Source: Callorhinchus milii (Eukaryota). From it: a DNA stretch of 64,000 nucleotides. The translations under genes and the position numbers were made by a program. The notes below the pieces were generated by a model. That model was not told the origin of the DNA and did no database searches. It saw only the letters and a program-made list of their open reading frames with translations. The number at the start of each line of letters is the position of its first letter. Position 1 is the stretch's first letter. The DNA lies in contig NW_024704769.1 in assembly GCF_018977255.1 (NCBI RefSeq), positions 3,782,001-3,846,000 of the forward strand, read 5' to 3'. Shown piece after piece: positions 10,873 through 19,503 of the stretch.

Positions 10873-13800
10873 TCAGCTCGACTGTGAGACTGAGCAGGAC
10901 CGTCTCTGCTTCTTCTTCTGTTTCTAGGGAAAGGAATGGGAAGGAACACAATAGGGTAACATCAATAATCATACTAATATTAATAATAATGCTTGCGTTT
11001 GATATAGCGCCTCATCACGTCATCGAGATGTCTCAGATCTTTGACGTCCACCTGAATAGGGCACAGTCGAGACTTCGGTCTATCTCACAGTGGAAGTGGA
11101 AGACGAGGCTGAGGAACGTGAGGACAGGACAACTCACCAGCTTCCAACGAATCAACTTGATCCATTCATCTGTCTCCTGGGCAGACTTCCCCCCAAGGTA
11201 GTGTGTCTGTTCTGGGAAGACCAGGCTGTGAAGAAACAAAATGTCGTGACTATATTTTTGTGGTTGAAACGTAACAGCCGATGTGCACATTGGTTGATAA
11301 GGTCTTAGGAGGTCACAGAGATAGGGAGGAGCGAGGCCGTGGAGGGTTTTGAAGATGAGGACGAGGATTTTAAACTCTGGAGCTTTGGGAGGACACTTAC
11401 CAGAAGGAGTTGACTTTGCCCTGTGAGTAGTCAAACTGAATATCTGTGCACTGCGACAGGTTGATAATGCCAAGCGGATCTCTGTCCTGATAGAGGGAGA
11501 AATTAGTTGTACCAAACAACATGCAAACAAATAATAATAATAATAATCCTCGCATTTGATATAGCGCTTTTCACGTCGGGAGGACGTCCCAAAGCGCTTC
11601 ACAGAACACACTGTAAAGTGAATTGACTGTATATTTGTGGGCGAACGCGGCAGCCAATTGCGCACAGCAATGTCCCACAAACAGTCGTAGGTTGAAAATG
11701 ACCAATTTATTATTGGTTTACAAACAACAATAAATCAAATAACTTGCATTTACACAGGGCCCTTCACAAGGGGCTGTGTCTCAGAGCGCTTGACAGTGAC
11801 AAGGCAGAGGGATTGGGGAGAGAATTCCAAAGCTTCCGGGGGTAGAGGCAAACAGCCCCGGTAAGGCAAAGCTCTGCAGCTCCAGGACAAACCTACCTGC
11901 TTCTCTTTGTAATACTTCAGCTCATACCTCTGGATAGTCACCCAGCGCGTGTTCCAGGTCTAGAACAGAGAACAGCGAGAGCACAGTGCGTTCACACTCC
12001 TGAGACTGAAACTAGACGGTGGGATTTGGAGAAGACCTTGGATGAGTTACGGTGAGGTGAGAATTGAGGCCAGAAAGAGTCACCAGCAATAACAATAATA
12101 ATCCTTGCATTTGATTTAGCGCCTTAACATGTCATTGAGGTGTCTCAAAGCGTTTCACAGAATGTACTCTAGTGTGAATTGACTGCTATTTTGTGGGCAA
12201 AACATGGCAGCCAATTGCGCACAGCAGTGTCCCACAAACTGTCGTGGATTAAGTGATCAATTATTTAATTTTCCCCGGAGAGCGATCAGCCAATCGACTA
12301 ACAACCTGGTTCCTACTTACTGCTAAGTAAACAGAGGTGTGTGGGTGTGTGAAGTAAAGAAACTTGCCTAAGGTTTCGCCCCAAACTGCCCAGGAATCGA
12401 ACCTGGGGAAAAGAAGGTATGTTCACAGGATCTTACCTTGAGTAGCTTACTCAGTATCAACAAGAAACCTTCCTTAGTGCCAAGCTGCAAGATAAGAGAC
12501 ATAAAGTTATCCTGTGCCAAATTTTCTATAGTTTCACTTTACTCTCAACGAAATACATCCTCCCACGTATGCCTTGTTTAGCCAACACAAAGTTTCGGAG
12601 AACAAAATCATCAGGTCACAACAAGTTAGCACAAGTAATTCTGCAATTTTCTTAAATTAACTGCAATGCAAGTTTACAGTTGCGCTGCACCATTCATGTT
12701 GGGAGGATGTCCCAAGGCGCTTGCCAATCATGACTTGGCACCTGAGCTTGGAGCTATGGGGTGGGGTGGGGAAAAATGACCAAACGCATGGTCAGAGAGG
12801 TAGGTTTTGAGACAGACTTTGAATGAGGTGAGGGAGGGAGGGATGGAGTTCCAGTGATAGGATGAAAGTCCGACCTGATATTTCTTGATTCTAAATTAAT
12901 TGATACTTACAGCAGGAGCTTCAGCCACCAGCTCAGTGCCTGAGCAGCCAGACTTCAAGGTCAGGTGAACAGTGACTGGATCAAAGAACAGAGGTTCAGG
13001 CACTTCCCTGGGGTAAGGGGACTTCAGCAACACTGGGGAGCCTGAGAGGAGCAAACACGATAGCAGCTTAATAATACCACCTAGTATCCCAAACTCAGCC
13101 GAAACACTCCCACCTCCGCTACTCAAATGCCTTTCTTGCCAGTCTCCACAGCTCCTCTATCCACAAGACATCTCAATGACATGTTAAGGCGCAGATTTAA
13201 TGCCTGATCTGTGCTGGATTAGGTGAGCTCAAAGCAGTTGAGGCAACAACTGGATTCAGCATTTGATTCACAAACTACAGGAACTTCCCCTCCCCTCTCC
13301 TCACCTGCAAGGTTTCCGATCAGGGGCTGATCGGCAAAGTGATTCCGAAACTCCTGAAGCGTCAGGAATGTGTATAAGCCAAAGATGTACCCCGTCTCCA
13401 ACCGCTTCACCTGAAAGTGCTTGACGGAATCCTTTGATCTGAAAAATAAGTCAAACCAGGTTTGATGCTGGACTTCAGCCGCCATTCAGCTGCACGTTAA
13501 AGATCCAAGATTAACTGAAAAGAGTAAAGGGCTTTCTCCCAACCAACCCTCCAGATAAGTGTAATATTAATAATCCTTGCATTTCATATAGCGCCTTATC
13601 GCATCTTTGTGACGTTTCAAAGCGCTTCACCGAACATACAGGGAGGGAGCAAGGTGGAGGGATCGTGGGATGGAGTTCCGGAGGGTGGGGGCAGAGAGGC
13701 TGAAGGCTCGACCGCCAATGGCAGGGCGGGTCAGATGAGAGCGGTGGAGCAGGTCAGAGCCCGCTGAGTGGAGGGAGCGGACAGACGGGTCGATGTGGCA

Positions 13801-14690
13801 AACAAGGCTGACTAGAGAGGGAAAGTCTGTGGTTATTTATCAGGCCGCACTCACCTCACCTCCAGCACAAACTGCTTGGGCACATCTTGGTCTCGACGTA
13901 GCAGGTAACTGCCATCCTGTCCGTTCAGAATGAGCAGAGCCTCAGCAGCGTGGGCTGAGATATCGCCATGATACCAGCTGCAGAGAACAGGAGAGGGTGA
14001 CCAGCGACTAGCAATAATACCCTTAAAATATCACCTCTTCCGCCCAGCAAATTCTGATGTTCTTAAAATGATCGTTTGATCGAGGTCTCTCAATGGCTAA
14101 TACTTGTTGTACCGAATAGTGTTGAGTCAGTGCACAGCGAAACAACAACAAAATTAGCTTTATACGGCAACTTTCTCGTCATTAGGCTGGCCCAAGGCAC
14201 TGGACAGTTGCACCCGAGCTGATTATGATTTAGAAATCCATCCCAGTCCCTTCGCCTTGCTCCCTCCCTCTCCTCCTTCAAGGCACATCTCAAGACCCTC
14301 CTCTTCGACCGCTCCTTTGTTAACCCCCTCCGCCCCATCCTAATCCCTACCCCCAGCTCGGGTCCAAATCCCTGACTGTCAAGTGCCTTGGGATGTCTTC
14401 CCGAGGTGAAAGTCGCTGTACACATGCAATTGTGTTTAACAAGGCACTTAACTGAATAACGCAGTGAGTAGGGCGGAACGCCAAGCACGTCTGGTATTGT
14501 ACTGGAATCTCTAGATTCCAAGTGCTTAGAAACTAAACAAACCAAAGAACTTCACGGCACTTCAGAATCAGAAGGCATATCTAATGCAAGCACAGATCAT
14601 GCGAGGAAACTCCACTTACTCGAACTGGTGCAACTCGTCCACACCGCCTCCCAGCACGTAGGAGCTGCTACCCTCTGGCTCACCCTCCAT
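10873..14690 (-). CDS. DAPP1-like: DAPP1/Bam32-like SH2-PH adaptor, 9 coding exons, 264 aa (probable paralogue of DAPP1)
   Basis: Exons (minus) 14690-14620, 13977-13855, 13438-13305, 13041-12911, 12484-12437, 11959-11897, 11486-11401, 11225-11138, 10923-10873 total 795 nt, all GT-AG and in frame. SH2: [45 protein letters not shown]. Linker [11 protein letters not shown]: [37 protein letters not shown]. Confidence 0.93.
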
Positions 14691-15007
14691 TTTGATGTAT
14701 CATGTCTTCTACCTGGGAGGACGGACGGTGTCTTGCCAGGTGTCAAGTTTCAGGAACTATTCTTCCTTCGCTGACAGGTATGCCAATTTAATTTTGGAAA
14801 GCGAACCTACCCTTCAGCACTTGTCTGAAATCTGAACCGCTCTCAGTGACAAACATAAAAGCCACACGAGGAGCTATACACCTATTGATCCATTCTGCCT
14901 TTTTACGAAATCACTTGCTCTTTAATGCCGTTGCTCGCCTTTGCTCCACATCGCTCAATATGATAATCCACTCCACAAAAGAACAACTTCACGTGGGGCT
15001 GCATCTC

Positions 15008-15328
15008 GGAGTCCTGTAGCTCAGTGGTTAGAGCACTCGCTTTGCAAGTGAGAGACCTGAGTTCAATTCCAGGCAGAGGGCGAAACCTTGGGCAAGTTTC
15101 CTTACTCCACACAGAGCCTAATAATAATCCTCCAAAACCAAAAACAATAATAAATTGGTCATTTTCAATCTACGACTGTTTGTGGGACATTGCTGTGCGC
15201 AATTGGCTGCCGCGTTCGCCCATAAATATACAGTCAATTCACTTTACAGTGTGTTCTGTGAAGCGCTTTGGGACGTCCTCCCGACGTGAAAAGCGCTATA
15301 TCAAATGCAAGGATTATTATTATTATTA
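15008..15328 (+). mobile_element. SINE family A, young internally deleted subfamily
   Basis: Near-identical to 53098-53427 (-). The 3' part is near-identical to 22792-23012 (+) and 11517-11712 (-). Confidence 0.9.
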
Positions 15329-16194
15329 TTAGTGGTTGACAGCAGCGGAGCTTGGGTGAGGGAGGAGGTGACCCTAAGCATGGTCCACGAGGAAGATCTT
15401 CAGTCATGGTCTGAAAGAGGGGAAAGGAGCAACGCAGGGAGAATTCCAAAGCTTCAGGGCGTAGTGACTGAAAGCGCAGCCGCGGGATGGTGGAGCGGAG
15501 GGGCGAGGGGCAAGCAGGGGGCCAGAGATAGCTGAACAAAGGCAGCGGGTAGTGGAGTTGGGAGAAAGTGGGTTAGATAGGTTGGGGGAATCAAGGGCAT
15601 GAAGGGATTTGAAGGGAGTGGATGATTCGGTCCTCATAAAAGAACCTCAACAGTAAATGTCGGTGAAGCGCTCTGAAATATTTCACTATGAAAAGGCGCT
15701 ATCAAAAGTATTAGATAAAAGGGAGGGGATGAGCCAGACCATGTAACTGCATCCTATAGATAAAGAGCATTAGAAGTCCCACACCTCGGTACCACCATTT
15801 GGTTGGAGTGTGCAGAGGTGCACTCTCACTATAAGGGGACGAGTTACGTCCAACACTTTGGGTGTTTTGTGTGTTGCGTTGTAAGGGGGCAATGTTGTCC
15901 ATGTGTATATCTTTATTATTTATATTGCTAAATATATATATTTTTTTATTTCACTCACACCTTGTCCACAAGTGATGGGACGCTTTCTGGAATATCGCTT
16001 TCAGTCTCCGCAGTTGGCTGCCGCGTTTCGCCCACAAGATATAGTCAATTCACTTTACAGTATATTCTGTGAAGCGCTTCGAGACGTCTCAAAGACGTGA
16101 TAAGGCGCTTTGTTAAAGAATCCTTAGCACCTGATGGTTCGTACGAGAGTGTACCAATATGGAATTGAGCAAGTAGTAGACTTCTGTAACAACC

Positions 16195-16420
16195 AATCTC
16201 AGGTTTCATCTGTGCTCAGTTAGCTGATCTCAGGAACAATTTGCCCCAGAGCCCTTATGGATGGGAAATTCAGCCAGGGTTTCCCCCTCCTCACCAACCC
16301 ACTTGGAAAGCGTGTCAATACCGGTTGGAGACAGAAACTCGTTGAAAGCTAGTGAGATAATTGGGGCAAAAACTTGAGCCAGGCACCTTCAAGGAGGAAA
16401 AAGTTGATAAGAGGAACAAC
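16195..16420 (+). mobile_element. Degenerate LF-SINE-like element
   Basis: Ordered blocks CTGTGCTCAGTTAGCTGATCTCAG, AAATTCAGCCAGGGTT, TGGAAAGCGTGT and GCACCTTCAAGGAGGA match the LF-SINE consensus as recalled, in the right order. Confidence 0.62.
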
Positions 16421-17122
16421 AATCCAAAAAGTTGCTTTGAAATAGTTTTATTATCTTATGGTTGTACAGTTCGGTCATGCCGCAGGCACAGGTGCTCGCT
16501 TCTCCCTAACTGCACTTGTAGTTGAGGGAGAAAGATGGCAGATGCCACCTGTGTCCCTTTGCATCTTCTTACTGAACCTCGCTGCCACTTTGTGTTGAGG
16601 TTCCCAAAGCAAACAGCTCCTTGTATGGATCGACGCAAGATGGCTTCCTGAGGGGTGTTAACCTTTCGAGAATTCAGCATCTTCTCTGAGATTTTTGTGC
16701 TTGTAGATCTTCGGAATGTTAAACCGAGGTCCAGTCTGACTTTTCAGCTGCTCATTCGTTCAATGGGTGTTTGTGGCACAAATTAGCTGCCGCGTGTGCC
16801 TACAAAATACATACTACACTTTGCAGTAAAACTCCTGCGAAGCGCTTCGAGATGTTGTCCTGTTGTGAATAGGGGCCATATCAAATACAAGGATTATTAT
16901 GTTGTAAATTTGCACTTCTGAATTTGGGAGTGTGTCTTTCACTATATTTTCCCGACCCCTCGCTTATCCTCTATGTGTGTAGCTATCAACTGGGCTGACA
17001 TATGGTATCAAGACCACCTGTTGAGGTACCAGGTGTCTTCTATCACCAAAAAGATAATACAAATCCAACCACAATAAATCTATAATATGCACTGAAAGTT
17101 TATTAGGTTGCCGTTATGCAAT

Positions 17123-17242
17123 TTAGAAAGCCCACAGAATACAATAAACCAACTTTGTTTCAAAAAGAGCGAGCAGACCCAGTGTTGGACTGGCTATGAT
17201 GATAAAAGTGATAGCGACGAAGTACATCGGTTCAACGTGCAT
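17123..17242 (-). CDS. Candidate 39-aa hydrophobic micropeptide ORF (MHVEPMYFVAITFIIIASPTLGLLALFETKLVYCILWAF) in a putative terminal exon
   Basis: Strong acceptor ccctttttctgcaccactttcAG (exon starts 17251), ATG 17242, TAA 17125-17123, AATAAA 17104-17099 with a downstream GT/T-rich tract. No homologue recognised. Confidence 0.3.
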   Translation of the reverse strand: MHVEPMYFVAITFIIIASPTLGLLALFETKLVYCILWAF

Positions 17243-17939
17243 CAAAAGCAACTGAAAGTGGTGCAGAAAAAGGGACGGATATAAAGGTACACAAGGAAAA
17301 TCCGGCTGCGCCTCTGTATTTTGAATAAGTGTTTTTATTGGTGTGAAATTTCTTGCTCCCTTTTACAAAACGACTGCTTGCGGGGACGCCGCCGTGCCGC
17401 GCTCGGCTGCCGCACTTCGCCCAGGAATACGCAGTCGGTCCACTTTACAGCACATCCTGCGAAGCGCCTGTGAGACGTACCGGAGACGTTTGATAAAAAG
17501 CGCCGCATCAAAATGCAAAGATCGTCGCGAAGCCATGATCCAGAGCGATGGAATTCCAACGCGGCGCCGAGCACTGCCGGTGAGAGGCGTTAAACCCGAG
17601 CTCCCCGCCCGTCCAGGTGGGCGTTAAAAAGATCCCGGGGTGGGTGGGTGGGTGGGGGGCTGTCGGAAAAAAGAGAAGGGAGTTTCGTCTCCCACCCCCT
17701 CCACGACTCGGATACTCTTAAGCACGACGACGTGCGTCAAGACACCCGGTTGACCCCCCACAGCCCACCGGAAAAACCACACGCACAAGCGCTTCGCCGT
17801 AATGACCCAAGCGCTGCGGTGCAGTACAGTACAGATAATAACAACAGTAATAATGATGACGATGATGATGATGGCATTCAACACAGCGCCTTATCGCGTT
17901 GTGGAGACGTCTCAAAGCGCTTCACAGGATCGACTGTGC

Positions 17940-18290
17940 GTTTAGAGATAGAGAGTGAGAGATAGAGATATAGAGTGAGAGATAGAGAGAGTGAGAGAAA
18001 TAGAGTGAGAGATAGAGAGAGAGTGAGAGACAGAGAGAGAGAGTGTGAGATAGAGAGTGGGGATAGAGAGAGGGATAGAGAGTGAGAGATAGAGAGAGGG
18101 ATAGAGAGTGAGAGATAGAGATAGTGAGAGATAGAGAGAGTGAGATAGAGATAGTGAGAGACAGAGAGAGAGAGCGTGTGAGATAGAGAGTGAGAGATAG
18201 AGTGAGAGAGAGAGGGATAGAGAGTGAGAGATAGAGATAGTGAGAGATAAAGAGAGAGATAGTGAGAGATAGAGAGAGAGAGGGATGAAT
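17940..18290. repeat. Compound purine-rich microsatellite (GA/GATA/GAGT units)
   Basis: About 350 nt of gagatagagagtga-type units. Confidence 0.9.
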
Positions 18291-18362
18291 GGATGGAGAG
18301 AGAATGAATTAATAAATCCGCCGCTGGTAAACAAACGCCGCCTTTCCCGGCGCTGCCGTTAC

Positions 18363-18394
18363 CTGTCAAACCCCATCGCTCCCTCCGCCGCCAT
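18363..18394 (-). other. Putative exon end of a divergent transcript with short ORF start MAAEGAMGFD
   Basis: gcaATGGCGGCG Kozak context at 18394 and donor AG|gtaacg at 18362. Confidence 0.35.
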
Positions 18395-18889
18395 TGCTGT
18401 CAGTCAACGCGCGTCGTCGTCGTCTCCCCACTCCCCCCTCCTCAGGACCGGGGTCTGGGCGGCGGCGGCCGGAGCCACCGGGAGCGGCCCTGTCACCTCC
18501 TCCTCCCGGTTGGGGATGGGGTGGGGGTGGGGGGGGGATATATAAAAATAAAACACGAATTGAACGCGATCGTCGAGGGTTTAAGTCGCCGCGTTTTCAG
18601 CAGAAATTCAAACCTAACTGTCCCGAGAAGACGACGACGACGACTCCCTTTTTTTTTCGGGAGGGGCGGCGGCGGGAGGGGGTGGGGGGGGGGGGGGGGG
18701 GAGAGGGGCGGCTACGCCACAGCATTAAAACAACAGTCCTCCGGTTTGTTTACCGATTTTTCGTCTCTTTTTTTTAAAAAAAAATAAACCACTCACTCAC
18801 TCACTCACTCGAGGGACAAGTTGTTGTTTTTTTTTACCTCAAGAGGTAAAAAATAACGCCGCGTCGCTTCAACGTCGCGCGGGGGGCGG

Positions 18890-19100
18890 GAGGGGAGAGG
18901 GGGAGGAGGAGAGGGGAGAGAGTGGGGAGAAGGGGGGGAGGGGGGAGAGGAGGGAGAGGGGGAGAGAGTGGGGAGAAGGGGGGGAGAGAGTGGGGAGAAG
19001 GGGGTGAGGAGGAGAGGGGGAGAGAGTGGGGAGAAGGGGGTGAGGAGGAGGGGGGAGAGAGTGGGGAGAAGGGGGTGAGGAGGGGGGGAGAGAGAGAGAG
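18890..19100. repeat. Purine-rich G-tract minisatellite (ggggagagagtggggagaag units)
   Basis: About 210 nt of tandem G/A-rich units within the CpG island. Confidence 0.85.
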
Positions 19101-19503
19101 AAAAAAAAACCGTTAAAAAAAGGGGCGGGAAAAACCAACCCGGGCACAAAAGACCGTTGGCGAGAGCGGTTGGCGCCGGCGTCGGAAGAAGCCGCCGCCT
19201 GATTGGCCGCCGGCCCCGATTTGAATGAGCAACGCGCGCGCCGATTGGCCGGCGCGGGTTTTCGCGCCGCCCGCCCGCCGACGCCGCCGACGGCCCCGGA
19301 TGTGGACGGGCGCCAGACGGACGGAGCAGCCCAGTTTGGCGGTTTATTGTCTGGAGGGGAGCGAGCGCGAGCGTGTGACAGCCGGACGGACGGACGGACG
19401 GAGACAGCGGGAGAGAGAGAGAGAGAGAGAGCGATCGAGAGAGAGAGAGACACCGTGACTGCCCGGGGGAGCGCGGCGCCCATTCGTGACGGGGAGAGAA
19501 ACC

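Noticed and set aside
15024-15332. Recurrent ORFs such as [14 protein letters not shown]...KCKDYYYY
   Set aside because: Translations of SINE copies. Recurrence reflects repeat identity, not a protein family or CRISPR-like array.
16456-16680. 74-aa minus-strand ORF before AATAAA at 16452
   Set aside because: No acceptor or motif support. More simply read as extended 3' UTR of the putative divergent transcript.
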